From positions 167,397 to 231,396 of the forward strand of contig JAQTTB010000001.1 in the NCBI GenBank assembly GCA_028710985.1: DNA of 64,000 nucleotides. Direction: 5' to 3'. The notes beneath the pieces were generated by a model. The model was not told the origin of the DNA and searched no databases. It saw only the letters and a list, made by a program, of their open reading frames with translations. Position numbers and translations under genes: made by a program. This stretch comes from Patescibacteria group bacterium. Its GTDB lineage: Bacteria; Patescibacteriota; Patescibacteriia; JAHJFT01. Of the stretch, positions 27,761 through 37,229 are shown piece by piece (position 1 is the first letter of the stretch; every line of letters starts with the position of its first letter).

Positions 27761-27901
27761 GTCATCCTGAGCCCCGACTTCCGCGAAGCGGAATGCCGGG
27801 GCGAAGGATCTCGCATTTCGCAGAAATCGACGTGGCGCCATGAACAGTCATCCCGAAACTGTGAGATCCTTCGCCCCTCGCTCCGCTCGGGCTCAGGATG
27901 A
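27761..27901. repeat. 141 bp palindromic element: inverted arms GTCATCCTGAGC...GGGGCGAAGGATCTC / GAGATCCTTCGCCCC...GCTCAGGATGAC, with hairpin family A embedded in the left arm
   Basis: Left arm 27761..27810, right arm 27861..27901. Translating it creates the spurious ORF 27676..27906 (...SFRMTAIKE..., HPEPERSEG). Confidence 0.8.
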
Positions 27902-27944
27902 CACATTGCTTGCCATTATCTTTGACGCGTCATACAATCAACCC

Positions 27945-28649
27945 ATGAAAACCGGATTTATATTAATTGATAAACCCGCGGGCTGGACGTCGCATGATGT
28001 GGTCGCTCATCTGCGCCGCGTCACCGGCGAGAGGAAAATCGGCCATGCCGGCACGCTTGATCCGTTTGCCACCGGCCTTTTGATTTTGGGAATCGGCCGT
28101 CCCGCAACGCGGCAACTCGGCGAATTTTTAAAAATGGATAAAAAATATGAGGCCATCGCGCGCCTCGGCGCCCGCTCCGACACTCATGACAAAACCGGCG
28201 CAATCACCAAAAAGAAAATTTCAAAAAAACCGAGTCTTGCCGCAGTTAAAAAAGCGCTATTAAAATTCCGCGGCGAGCAGGAGCAGATTCCGCCCATGTT
28301 CTCGGCGAAAAAAATTCACGGCCAAAAATTGTATAACCTCGCCCGCGCCGGAAAAGAAATCGCGCGCGAACCGAACAAAATTATTATTCACCAAATCCGG
28401 CTTAAAAAATACGCCTGGCCGGCTCTCGCCTTTTCGGTCTCCTGCTCGAGCGGAACCTACATCCGTTCGCTCGCGCATGACCTCGGCACCGCCCTCGGCA
28501 CGGGCGCGTATCTTACCGCCCTCCGGCGGACCGAAATCGGCCGCATCCCCGTTTTACGGGCCGTAAACCTCGAAAAAATAAACCGCGAAAATTGGGAAAA
28601 ATACCTCAAAAATCGCCTGCCCCTTGCCAAGCTCCGGAATGTGTGCTAG
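27945..28649 (+). CDS. truB: tRNA pseudouridine(55) synthase
   Basis: Start taken at MKTGFILIDKPAGWTSHDVV. GHAGTLDPFATGLLILGIG is the TruB catalytic Asp motif. The track ORF starts earlier, inside the palindromic repeat. Confidence 0.9.
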   Translation: MKTGFILIDKPAGWTSHDVVAHLRRVTGERKIGHAGTLDPFATGLLILGIGRPATRQLGEFLKMDKKYEAIARLGARSDTHDKTGAITKKKISKKPSLAAVKKALLKFRGEQEQIPPMFSAKKIHGQKLYNLARAGKEIAREPNKIIIHQIRLKKYAWPALAFSVSCSSGTYIRSLAHDLGTALGTGAYLTALRRTEIGRIPVLRAVNLEKINRENWEKYLKNRLPLAKLRNVC

Positions 28650-28876
28650 TATGGAATTACATTAATTAATAATCATTTCGGAAGATTAAGGCAGTCGATT
28701 GTTAAAAAATTTCCATCCAAACTTGAGCTTGTTTTAACATGAATTTCAATTTCTCATCCCGTTTAAAAACCGGGCAAAGACAACTCACGCAAGATATAGC
28801 GCAGTCCGCTCGAGCGAACTAATTTTTGGAAAATTTTTTAACATTGCCTGAAATCTCTCCGATTAGAGAGATTTTT

Positions 28877-30406
28877 ATGTATTCAACTTATATACTTCTT
28901 ATCGCCGCCGGCTCCCTCATCGGCCTGGTTGTCGGCTATACGATCCGCCACTTTATCATTAAAACACAGATCGATACCGCCGCGGGCCGGGCCGAAAAAC
29001 TTATCGCTGACGCGCGCGTCAAGCAGCAGGAGCTCATGCTTTCTGCCAAAGAAAAGGCCATTCATATTATTGACGAGGCCAAGCACGAGGAAGAAGAGCG
29101 CCGCCGCGAGTTCACCCACCTTCAACAGCGTCTGGAACAACGCGAGTCTTTGTTTGACCAAAAACTGCTTGAATTCCAGGAGAAACAGCAAAAATTGTAC
29201 GAAAAAATCACCCGCGTCGAGCAGGTCAAGGAAGAGGTCCGTAAAATCCGCGAAGACGCCATTGCCAAGCTTCAGGAAATCAGCGGGCTCACCCGCGAAC
29301 AGGCGGAAAAACGCCTGCTTGAGGCGACCGAAGCCGAACTCAAGGAAGAAATCGCCGCGCGCATCCGCAAAATGGAAAATCAGGGCGATGAAGAAATTGA
29401 AAAGAAATCACGCGAACTCATTTCCCTCGCCATCCAGCGCTGCGCCGCTTCGCAGGCCCAGGAGACAACCACCACGAACGTGGAGCTTCCGAACGACGAA
29501 ATGAAGGGGCGCATTATCGGCAAAGAAGGCCGCAACATCAAAACAATTGAACAGCTTACCGGCACCGAAATCCTGATTGACGACACGCCGGGCATGATTA
29601 TGATTTCCGGATTCTCTCCGATCCGCCGCCAGCTTGCGAGAATCGCGCTTCAGCGCCTCATCAAGGACGGCCGCATCCACCCGGGCCGCATCGAAGAACA
29701 GGTGGAAGAAGCCAAAAAAGAACTTGCCGTGAGCATGAAGAAATCCGGTGAAGAATCTCTTTACGAGACCGGCGTTTCCATTGCCGAAATTGATCCCAAG
29801 CTTGTCCAGATACTCGGCCGCTTGAAATTCCGTACTTCTTACGGACAGAACGTGCTTCAGCACTCGGTTGAAGTCGCGAATCTTTCCACCCTGATCGCCC
29901 AGGAACTCGGCGCCAATGTCAAAATCTGCCGCATCGGCGGACTCTTCCACGATATCGGCAAAGCGGTTGACCATGATATCCAGGGTTCGCATCCGGAAAT
30001 CGGCTACAATATCATGAAAAAATTCAACTTCCCCGAAGAGATCGCGCGAATTTGCATTGAACACCATGAAGACCGGCCGACGACTGTTGAAGGCGCCATC
30101 TGCAAATCCGCGGACGCCATCTCCGGCGCGCGGCCCGGCGCCCGCAAAGACACGCTCGAGCAGTACATTCAGCGCCTTGGCGACCTGGAGAAAACCGCCA
30201 CCGGTTTTGCCGGCGTTGAAAAGGCTTATGCCATTCAGGCCGGCCGCGAAATCCGCGTCTTTGTTACGCCGACCCAGATTGACGATTCGGCCGCAACCAA
30301 GCTTGCCCATGATATTGCCAAAAAAATCGAGGAAGAATTGCGCTATCCCGGTGAAATCAAGGTTACGGTTATCCGGGAAACCCGCGTGATTGAATACGCC
30401 CGATAA
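28877..30406 (+). CDS. rny: Ribonuclease Y
   Basis: N-terminal TM helix, coiled-coil, KH domain (GRIIGKEGRNIK) and HD domain (HSVEVA...LFHDIGKA). Start taken at MYSTYILL. Confidence 0.92.
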   Translation: MYSTYILLIAAGSLIGLVVGYTIRHFIIKTQIDTAAGRAEKLIADARVKQQELMLSAKEKAIHIIDEAKHEEEERRREFTHLQQRLEQRESLFDQKLLEFQEKQQKLYEKITRVEQVKEEVRKIREDAIAKLQEISGLTREQAEKRLLEATEAELKEEIAARIRKMENQGDEEIEKKSRELISLAIQRCAASQAQETTTTNVELPNDEMKGRIIGKEGRNIKTIEQLTGTEILIDDTPGMIMISGFSPIRRQLARIALQRLIKDGRIHPGRIEEQVEEAKKELAVSMKKSGEESLYETGVSIAEIDPKLVQILGRLKFRTSYGQNVLQHSVEVANLSTLIAQELGANVKICRIGGLFHDIGKAVDHDIQGSHPEIGYNIMKKFNFPEEIARICIEHHEDRPTTVEGAICKSADAISGARPGARKDTLEQYIQRLGDLEKTATGFAGVEKAYAIQAGREIRVFVTPTQIDDSAATKLAHDIAKKIEEELRYPGEIKVTVIRETRVIEYAR

Positions 30407-30424
30407 AATGTAAGGGTTGCATAT

Positions 30425-31249
30425 ATGCGACCCGTCCAATATATGACCCTCAAGTTCATCTTCTTCGGCGACGTGGTCGGCAAAATCGGCCGCCGCGCCC
30501 TCGCCCAAATCGTTCCCAAATGGCGTAAAAAATACGCGCCTCATTTGGTTTGCGCCAATGCCGAGAATCTGGCCCACGGCAAAGGCTTTACGCCCTCGAC
30601 CATGCGCGAGGCCATGGCTGCGGGAATTGATTTTTTCACCGGCGGCAATCATATCTTTGATAATAAAGCCGGCTTAAAAATATTCGATGATCCCGAACTC
30701 TCCCGCCTCGTTGTCCGGCCGTTAAATTATCCGACCAGTGTTCCGGGCGAAGGCTGCCGCCTCATTGAAGTTGAGCGCCATCCGGTGCTCATCGCAAGCC
30801 TCAACGGCCAGGTCGGTTTCCGCGAAAGCTTTGACTCTCCGTTTCTCGCGCTTGATAAAATGGTCCACAGGCACATTAAGCAGAACCCCGCGATTATTGT
30901 GGACTTCCATTCCGAAACGACTTCCGAAAAAGTCGCTTTCGGCCTTTACTCCGACGGCCGCGTTTCGGCCGTGCTCGGCACCCATACCCATATACCAACC
31001 GCCGATGCCAAAGTCCTGCCCCAGGGCACGGGTTACATCTCCGATATCGGCATGGTCGGCGAAGAAAACTCGGTCATCGGAGTAAAACAAAACGTGATTC
31101 TCAACAATTTTATTACCCAAATCCCGCAAATGCACGAATTTGCCGAAACCGGCCGGTGCGAAGTGAACGCGGTTTATTTTGAGATTGATTCAAAATCCCA
31201 CCAATGCCTGAAAATCAAGCTCCTGCAAACCGTGGTTGACGTAAAATAA
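30425..31249 (+). CDS. YmdB-like metallophosphoesterase (TIGR00282 family)
   Basis: FIFFGDVVGKIGRRAL...CANAENLAHGKG..GGNHIFD...TH are calcineurin-like motifs arranged as in B. subtilis YmdB. It lies immediately downstream of rny, as in Firmicutes. Confidence 0.8.
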   Translation: MRPVQYMTLKFIFFGDVVGKIGRRALAQIVPKWRKKYAPHLVCANAENLAHGKGFTPSTMREAMAAGIDFFTGGNHIFDNKAGLKIFDDPELSRLVVRPLNYPTSVPGEGCRLIEVERHPVLIASLNGQVGFRESFDSPFLALDKMVHRHIKQNPAIIVDFHSETTSEKVAFGLYSDGRVSAVLGTHTHIPTADAKVLPQGTGYISDIGMVGEENSVIGVKQNVILNNFITQIPQMHEFAETGRCEVNAVYFEIDSKSHQCLKIKLLQTVVDVK

Positions 31250-31318
31250 GCCCTATTGCGGATATCCTGAAAAATGTGCTATACTTAGGCTAATAATTAA
31301 TAATTATCCCCACTCAAT

Positions 31319-31603
31319 ATGAATAAGGCAGAACTTATCAACCAAATCTCCGACCGCGTTGGCGTTACCAAAAAGCAGGCCGAAGACATGATTGAGGCGT
31401 ATACCGATATCACCACAAAAACCCTTAAAGCGGGCGGTGAAGTCACGATCGCCGGATTCGGCACTTTCAGCGCCAAGACCCGCGCCGGCCGCATCGGCGT
31501 GAATCCCCAGAGGCCGACTGAAAAAATCCAGATTCCGCCGGTTACGGTTCCAAAATTCAAGGCCGGCAAAGCCCTGAAGGACGCGCTCAAGGGTAAGGCG
31601 TAA
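31319..31603 (+). CDS. hup: DNA-binding protein HU
   Basis: MNKAELINQISDRVGVTKKQAEDMIEA...GFGTFSAKTRAGRIGVNPQ.PTEKIQIP is the HU/IHF signature. 94 aa. Confidence 0.92.
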   Translation: MNKAELINQISDRVGVTKKQAEDMIEAYTDITTKTLKAGGEVTIAGFGTFSAKTRAGRIGVNPQRPTEKIQIPPVTVPKFKAGKALKDALKGKA

Positions 31604-31655
31604 TTTACAAAATCAAAAAATTCACCCGCATCCATGGGTGAATTTTTATTTTTAA

Positions 31656-32927
31656 TTATTCCTTGGCCCAGTTCTCGATTTCTTCAAACACTCCGCCCAG
31701 GCTCACCATGCGGACTTCGGATTCCTGCCGAAATTTCCACTCCGCGGCATTGTCCTTCATGGTCCGGTCGGAAATCACGATGCGAAGCGGCGCGCCGATG
31801 AGATCCGCATCCCCGAGTTTCTCCCCGGCCGACACTCCCTCCCGGTCGTCCCAAAGCGCATCAATGCCCGCCGCGGCGAGCTGATCGGAAAGATTCGCCG
31901 CCGCGGAAGCAATCTCCGTGCTCGTATCCTCGTCTTTCGCGAAAAGTGAAACAATGTGCACGAGATACGGCGCGATTGATTTCGGCCAGATGATGCCGCG
32001 CTCGTCGCTCAAGACCTCAACCACCGACCCCATGACGCGGGACGGACCGATGCCGAAACATCCCATTATTACATCATTTTTCTTTCCGTCTGCCGCCGTG
32101 TAGCTAAGCTTCATGTCGTGGCTGTAGCGCGTCCCGAGTTTAAAAATGTTGCCCACTTCGATTGAACGCTTTTCCGCCACCGCGGCGCCGCAGGACGGAC
32201 ACTTGCCGCCGTCTTTCACCTCGGCGATTTCCTTATTCTGGCTCCACCCGCAGGAAGCGCAATGGAATATGGTATCTTCGCCGTTCGGAGTCACGACCTG
32301 AAACTCATGGGAATATTCGTTCGTGAATTCTCCGCCCGAGGCTTGGGTCACAATCGCTTCAAGCCCGCAGCGCGTAAAAATCTTTTTGTACGCTTCGGTT
32401 GCCTTGGCGTAAAAATCATTCAAATCCTGCTCGTCGCAATGAAAACTGTACAAATCCTTCATGGAAAACTCGCGGCCGCGGAGCAGGCCGGATTTGGCGC
32501 GCGGCTCGTTTCTGAATTTGTCCTGTATCTGATAAAGATAGAACGGCAAATCCTTGTATGAATTGACATGCCGCCGCGCGATATCGACGATCGGCTCTTC
32601 GTGCGTTGTCGCGAGCCCCAGCTCCTTGTCGCGGGACTTGAACTGAAACATTATTTCCTTAAGCTTTTCCCAGCGGCCGGTTTCGCTCCAGAGCTCTTTT
32701 GACTGCAGGGCCGGCATCAGCATCTCCTGGCCGCCGATTGCGTTCATTTCTTGCCGCACGATATTTTTTATTTTATTCAAAACGCGGAGGCCCAGGGGCA
32801 GGTACGCGTAAACCCCGGCCATCATCTGTTCAATAAACCCGGCCTGGGAAAGCAGTTTCGCGTTGACTGATTCCGCGTCATGCGGCGCGGTTTTTCTGGT
32901 TTTTCCGAAAAGTTGAGAATACTTCAT
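31656..32927 (-). CDS. proS: Prolyl-tRNA synthetase (short form lacking the editing domain)
   Basis: Class II aaRS motifs and a ProRS-like core (…FRNEPRAKSGLLRGREF…). 423 aa with a C-terminal anticodon-binding domain. Confidence 0.85.
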   Translation of the reverse strand: MKYSQLFGKTRKTAPHDAESVNAKLLSQAGFIEQMMAGVYAYLPLGLRVLNKIKNIVRQEMNAIGGQEMLMPALQSKELWSETGRWEKLKEIMFQFKSRDKELGLATTHEEPIVDIARRHVNSYKDLPFYLYQIQDKFRNEPRAKSGLLRGREFSMKDLYSFHCDEQDLNDFYAKATEAYKKIFTRCGLEAIVTQASGGEFTNEYSHEFQVVTPNGEDTIFHCASCGWSQNKEIAEVKDGGKCPSCGAAVAEKRSIEVGNIFKLGTRYSHDMKLSYTAADGKKNDVIMGCFGIGPSRVMGSVVEVLSDERGIIWPKSIAPYLVHIVSLFAKDEDTSTEIASAAANLSDQLAAAGIDALWDDREGVSAGEKLGDADLIGAPLRIVISDRTMKDNAAEWKFRQESEVRMVSLGGVFEEIENWAKE

Positions 32928-33027
32928 ATTATGAAAATAATATCAAAAAAACGGCCAAATGGCAATTCTGGATGAAAAGAAATCCCGTGTTCACGAGAAC
33001 ACGGGACAGTTAAGTTGTGGGAAGCGT

Positions 33028-33264
33028 CTACTTCCTCTTTTTGAAGCACCTCCTATTCCCCTTGCGCCTTATGAGCTCTTTGCGTTCGTAAGAGTCCAGA
33101 CAGTCCCAGCAGCGATCGCTGCCCTCGGCTACTGGCTCTTTGCATCCGTAGACGCAAAGACCGTCGTCATCCTCCATGAGCTCCGGCAAGCTGATTCCCG
33201 ACGCGATCACGCGACCAGCCGCCACTCCCTGGAGGAATCTCTCCTCATCTTCGCTCTGTCTCAC
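33028..33264 (-). CDS. GC-rich Cys-rich small protein (78 aa)
   Basis: CVYGCKEPVAEGSDRCWDCL gives a 4-Cys cluster with a basic C-terminus. ~62% GC. Confidence 0.4.
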   Translation of the reverse strand: MRQSEDEERFLQGVAAGRVIASGISLPELMEDDDGLCVYGCKEPVAEGSDRCWDCLDSYERKELIRRKGNRRCFKKRK

Positions 33265-33274
33265 TCCACCCTCC

Positions 33275-33577
33275 TCACTGTGTTCTGGCTCCCCTCAGCT
33301 TCTTGAACTGATGCGGCCAGCAACGTTTGCTGCCATTGAAAGTCGACAGGACCGTACCGCATCCCGGAAAATCGCATCGGCGACCGGGAGGAAACGTCTT
33401 CTGCGTTCCGCCGATCGTTGACGCGAGTCCGCGCGTACCTCGCCGCACTGCCGTTGCGTACCGTGCAACCACCGAGTCCTCTCCTCTCATGCCACCTCCC
33501 TGACCCGTCGCTCGCGAGTGACGGGTCGCTGACCCCAAAAAAACGGGGCGCTGTGTTTTATAAGGCAATTCTAGCAT
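33275..33577 (-). CDS. GC-rich Cys-rich small protein with a CPxCG-type zinc-ribbon-like motif (100 aa)
   Basis: RCDFPGCGTVLSTFNGSKRCWPHQF fits C-x4-C ... C-x2-H, suggesting a zinc-binding element. ~63% GC. Confidence 0.4.
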   Translation of the reverse strand: MLELPYKTQRPVFLGSATRHSRATGQGGGMRGEDSVVARYATAVRRGTRGLASTIGGTQKTFPPGRRCDFPGCGTVLSTFNGSKRCWPHQFKKLRGARTQ

Positions 33578-33685
33578 AAATTACGATTTTGTCAAGTAGG
33601 GGCGACTCGCGAGTCGCCCCTACTTGACGATTAATAAATATTTCTCTACAATAAGCTTAAATTTTAGTCTCGTCCGCTTTGCCTT

Positions 33686-33759
33686 GCGCCCATAGCTCAG
33701 TTTGGTAGAGCAGTTGCCTCTTAAGCAAACGGTCGTGGGTTCAAATCCCTCTGGGCGCA
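33686..33759 (+). tRNA. tRNA-Lys (anticodon CTT)
   Basis: GCGCCCA-TA-GCTC-AGTTTGGTA-GAGC-A-GTTGC-CTCTTAA-GCAAA-CGGTC-GTGGG-TTCAAAT-CCCTC-TGGGCGC-A. The acceptor and D/T loops are canonical. There is one mismatch each in the anticodon stem and the T stem. Confidence 0.6.
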
Positions 33760-33827
33760 GAGCAAAGCCGGACGGAAAAAAACAAAGAGGCATGTGCAAT
33801 CGACTGATAAATTATTAAATACAGCCT

Positions 33828-35540
33828 ATGGCAAATATAAGCATCGATGTAAGAAAAAAAACGATACAAGAACTTATCGACGACGAAATTCCGTCAGGCA
33901 GATATTGGTTACCATCTTTTCAGCGACAATATGTTTGGGATGCAGACAATGTCAAGGAGTTGCTCGATTCTATTGTACGTAATTATCCGATAGGAGCAAC
34001 CATACTTTGGAAGCCATCGCCAGAAGTTGCTTCCGACATTGATCCAACGTCCGTCCCGTTGGTTGATAGTGCACCCTCAAATACTACAGATAGGTATTTC
34101 GTTATTGACGGACAGCAACGCACTACCTCTCTGCTTCTTCTTTTCAACGACTGGGCAGTAGTGCGCGGCGGCGAGAGAATAACATGCGACCCCATCGCAT
34201 ACGACCCCACGTCCGATAAATTTATTAAGCACCGAAATAGGGGCATCGATTGCTCAAAAATTGTAAAGGCATTCTGCCGTCATGATGTTGAAACACTCAC
34301 TGAGTTAAATAATAACTATAACGCAGACGACTTCAACAAAATACGCGCAATAGCACAAAAAATCCTAGAGTATCCAATACCTCAATATGTTATGGAAACT
34401 TCAGGAGAAGCAACGGAAAGAGAAGATATATTTTCTCGAATGGCAGAGGCATTTGTGCGCATTAATAAAGAAGGTCTGAGAATAGGGAATGTCGAACTTA
34501 TGCTTTCTTTCTTGGCCGGAACGTTAAGCGGTGAGTTAAAAACACGAGTTGTACAACTATACCAAGAGTATGAAAAACGTGATGCATTTATACAACCTAT
34601 CATCCGCTCCGTATTCTCTAATTTTGGACTCTCACAAACGCAATTAGCGAAACCGAAACAATTTAAAGCCAATATTGAACGAATTAGAGAAATCTCTACC
34701 GACGATATAGCTAGGCGACTCAATACGAGCAGTAGAGCGCTTCAGCTTACTTTCAATTTCATTGAAAAAGAATTTGGTATGAGAAGTGCGCGTCTGATTC
34801 CTTCTCAAACAACTTTAATTCCGCTAGCGACATATTTTTCAAAAGTAAGTTTTGAGAAACTCGAGGAAATGCCCGCAGAAGATCGCGAGCGCATGACTTC
34901 TTGGTTTATGCTGGCAAATCTGAATGGACATTATAGCTCCAGCGTGGACACACGGTTGAGCCGTGATATCAAGATGATTCAAGATATGAGTAGCTTCCCC
35001 TTTCTTGAAATGCAAACCGCTATGAAAGTAAGAAAACACATCAATCTCGAATGGATTCAGGATGGGTTAGAAAGAAGTGCATTACGAGAAGCAAACAAAG
35101 CATTTGTTTTTTTGCTTTATGTTCTACTTATTAAAAATAATGCTGACGATTGGGATACGCGCTTAATCGCTTCACGCGATCTGAAAGAGTTAGAGCGACA
35201 TCACATTTTTCCAAAAGAATATTTAAGACAAGAACTAGAGCTCGATGATGTCGAGGACCCCGCAGAGGCGGAAATTGAGGTAAGCAACCTCGCGAACATT
35301 ACCTTTATTTTAAAAGAAAAAAACTCTACAATCGGTGATACGCCACCTAAGGATTACCTGCCACAGCTCATAGATCGAGCAAAATTACATTTTATCCCCG
35401 AAGACGAGAATCTATGGACCAAAGAAGCGTATGATAGTGGTCTATTCCAAAATGCACGCCTTCAAATTATCTTTGAAGCCGCGCTGAAACATTTTCCTGA
35501 CGTTTTCAAGATAGAATTATGTGATAAAGAAACCCAGTAA
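33828..35540 (+). CDS. GmrSD-like type IV restriction endonuclease (DUF262 ParB-like NTPase domain + DUF1524 HNH-like nuclease domain)
   Basis: The N-terminus YWLPSFQRQYVWD is the DUF262 DGQQR-type motif; VIDGQQRTTSL is also present. The C-terminus HHIFPKEYL is a DUF1524 His-Me finger motif. 570 aa, AT-rich, directly 3' of a tRNA. Confidence 0.8.
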   Translation: MANISIDVRKKTIQELIDDEIPSGRYWLPSFQRQYVWDADNVKELLDSIVRNYPIGATILWKPSPEVASDIDPTSVPLVDSAPSNTTDRYFVIDGQQRTTSLLLLFNDWAVVRGGERITCDPIAYDPTSDKFIKHRNRGIDCSKIVKAFCRHDVETLTELNNNYNADDFNKIRAIAQKILEYPIPQYVMETSGEATEREDIFSRMAEAFVRINKEGLRIGNVELMLSFLAGTLSGELKTRVVQLYQEYEKRDAFIQPIIRSVFSNFGLSQTQLAKPKQFKANIERIREISTDDIARRLNTSSRALQLTFNFIEKEFGMRSARLIPSQTTLIPLATYFSKVSFEKLEEMPAEDRERMTSWFMLANLNGHYSSSVDTRLSRDIKMIQDMSSFPFLEMQTAMKVRKHINLEWIQDGLERSALREANKAFVFLLYVLLIKNNADDWDTRLIASRDLKELERHHIFPKEYLRQELELDDVEDPAEAEIEVSNLANITFILKEKNSTIGDTPPKDYLPQLIDRAKLHFIPEDENLWTKEAYDSGLFQNARLQIIFEAALKHFPDVFKIELCDKETQ

Positions 35541-35556
35541 ACAAAGCGAGTATCCT

Positions 35557-35865
35557 ATGAAAATCACACTCATCATTCTAATCATTATTTCTCTTCTCCT
35601 CGCCGCGACAATCGGCGGCGGCCTGATTTATTATCAAAATCAAATCAACGGGCTTAATGGTCAGATTGCCGAACAGCAAATCCGGCTCACGAATCTCGGA
35701 ACCCAGGTACTAGAAAAAGAGCAGGCCATCAGCGATCTCGGCTTGGCCGCCAATTCGTCAACCGAACAAATTGCCGAGCTCCAAACTCAAATTGAAGAAT
35801 TGAATAAAAAAATTCAAGAACTGGAAAAAGCCAAGCAAGAACTCGAACAGCAAAAAACGCGTTAA
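35557..35865 (+). CDS. Small membrane-anchored coiled-coil protein
   Basis: MKITLIILIIISLLLAATIGG is a TM helix, followed by heptad-rich segments (LQTQIEELNKKIQELEKAKQELEQ). Start moved to an internal ATG that does not overlap the GmrSD stop. Confidence 0.55.
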   Translation: MKITLIILIIISLLLAATIGGGLIYYQNQINGLNGQIAEQQIRLTNLGTQVLEKEQAISDLGLAANSSTEQIAELQTQIEELNKKIQELEKAKQELEQQKTR

Positions 35866-35869
35866 TACA

Positions 35870-35900
35870 AATTCCCCCGTCCACGGGGAATTTTTTATTT
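35870..35900 (+). terminator. Rho-independent terminator (ttcccccgtccacggggaa + T-run)
   Basis: 7 bp G/C stem with T6 tail, after the coiled-coil gene and before ruvB. Confidence 0.75.
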
Positions 35901-35940
35901 CTTGCGCTTTCCGAATATTCTTGATAACCTTTGAGATAGT

Positions 35941-36975
35941 ATGGCTGAATTCAATCTCAAATCCGACCGCCTTACCGATCCCAAAGAAACCGGCGAAGAC
36001 CGGAGTTTTGATATTTCCCTGCGGCCCAAGACGCTCGCCGATTTTGTCGGCCAGAATAAAATCAAGGAAAATCTGGATATTTTCATGCAGGCCGCGCGGC
36101 AAAGAAGCGAGCCCATCGAGCATGTTCTCCTCTACGGCAATCCCGGCCTCGGCAAAACCACTCTTGCGCACATCATCGCGCGCGAAATGGATTCGGATAT
36201 CAAGGTTACTTCCGGCCCGGCGCTTGAACGCGTCGGCGACCTCGCCGCCATTCTCACGAATCTTGAAGAAGGAGACATTCTTTTCATTGATGAAATCCAC
36301 CGCATGAACAAAACCATTGAAGAAATTCTTTATCCGGCCATGGAAGACTATGCCCTGGATATCATCATCGGCAAAGGCCCGAGCGCCCGCACCCTGCGAC
36401 TCGACCTCAAACGCTTTACCATCATCGGCGCGACCACTCGCATCTCTCTGCTTTCAGCGCCGCTCCGCGACCGCTTCGGCGCCACCTACCACCTAAATTA
36501 TTACGAACCCGAGGATATCGAAAAAATTATCGGACGGAACGCCCGCATTTTGAGCATCGATATTGACCCCGCGGCCGTCGGCCAGATCGCGTCGCGCTCC
36601 CGCCGCACTCCGCGCGTCGCCAACCGCCTGCTCCGCCGCGTGCGCGATTTTGCCCAGGTCAAATCGGATGGTAGAATAAATGATGAAGCGACCCGGGGCG
36701 CCCTCGCGCTCATGGAGGTTGACGAATACGGCCTTGACCAGGTTGACCGCAAAATGCTGGAAATTATTATCAGCAAATTTGCCGGCGGACCGGTCGGCCT
36801 CTCCACTCTCGCCGCCGCAACCGGTGAAGAAATCGCCACCATTGAAGAAATTTACGAACCATTCCTCATGCAAATCGGATTTCTCCAGCGCACACCGCGC
36901 GGCCGCACGGTCACCGAAGCCGCCTACCGCCACCTCGGCCTCAATCCCCCGAAAAATCAAACCTCACTCCTATGA
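35941..36975 (+). CDS. ruvB: Holliday junction branch migration ATPase RuvB
   Basis: [16 protein letters not shown] is Walker [10 protein letters not shown] is Walker B. The domain order is RuvB-specific. Confidence 0.95.
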   Translation: MAEFNLKSDRLTDPKETGEDRSFDISLRPKTLADFVGQNKIKENLDIFMQAARQRSEPIEHVLLYGNPGLGKTTLAHIIAREMDSDIKVTSGPALERVGDLAAILTNLEEGDILFIDEIHRMNKTIEEILYPAMEDYALDIIIGKGPSARTLRLDLKRFTIIGATTRISLLSAPLRDRFGATYHLNYYEPEDIEKIIGRNARILSIDIDPAAVGQIASRSRRTPRVANRLLRRVRDFAQVKSDGRINDEATRGALALMEVDEYGLDQVDRKMLEIIISKFAGGPVGLSTLAAATGEEIATIEEIYEPFLMQIGFLQRTPRGRTVTEAAYRHLGLNPPKNQTSLL

Positions 36976-37226
36976 TCATCTTTCCGCTTTATATTTTTTT
37001 AATCATATACGCGCTTTTTCTTATCGGATTCGCTTTTTTTGGTTTCTTCTCGGTTTATCACCTCCTAAAATTTGGATTCACTACGTTTGGAACATTCTTT
37101 TTGGCGTTTATCTTCCTCGGCGTTTCGGTAATCATCCTTTTTGCTTCGGTCCAAGCAATCATCCCGATTGACTGGGGAAACGAAATAACCATGTTTAAAT
37201 ACACAGATGTTACGCCGTATTATTAA
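36972..37226 (+). CDS. Small integral membrane protein (84 aa), translationally coupled to ruvB
   Basis: ATGA overlap with the ruvB stop. Two predicted TM helices. Confidence 0.5.
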   Translation: MIIFPLYIFLIIYALFLIGFAFFGFFSVYHLLKFGFTTFGTFFLAFIFLGVSVIILFASVQAIIPIDWGNEITMFKYTDVTPYY

Positions 37227-37229
37227 TGT

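Noticed and set aside
27676-27906. ORF track entry (76 aa, ...HPEPERSEG...SGLRMTAIKE...) on the minus strand
   Set aside because: It is the translation of the 141 bp palindromic repeat element (27761..27901). Peptides such as SFRMTAIKE or SFPRKRES are classic artefacts of translating GC-rich hairpin repeats. There is no SD or codon bias.
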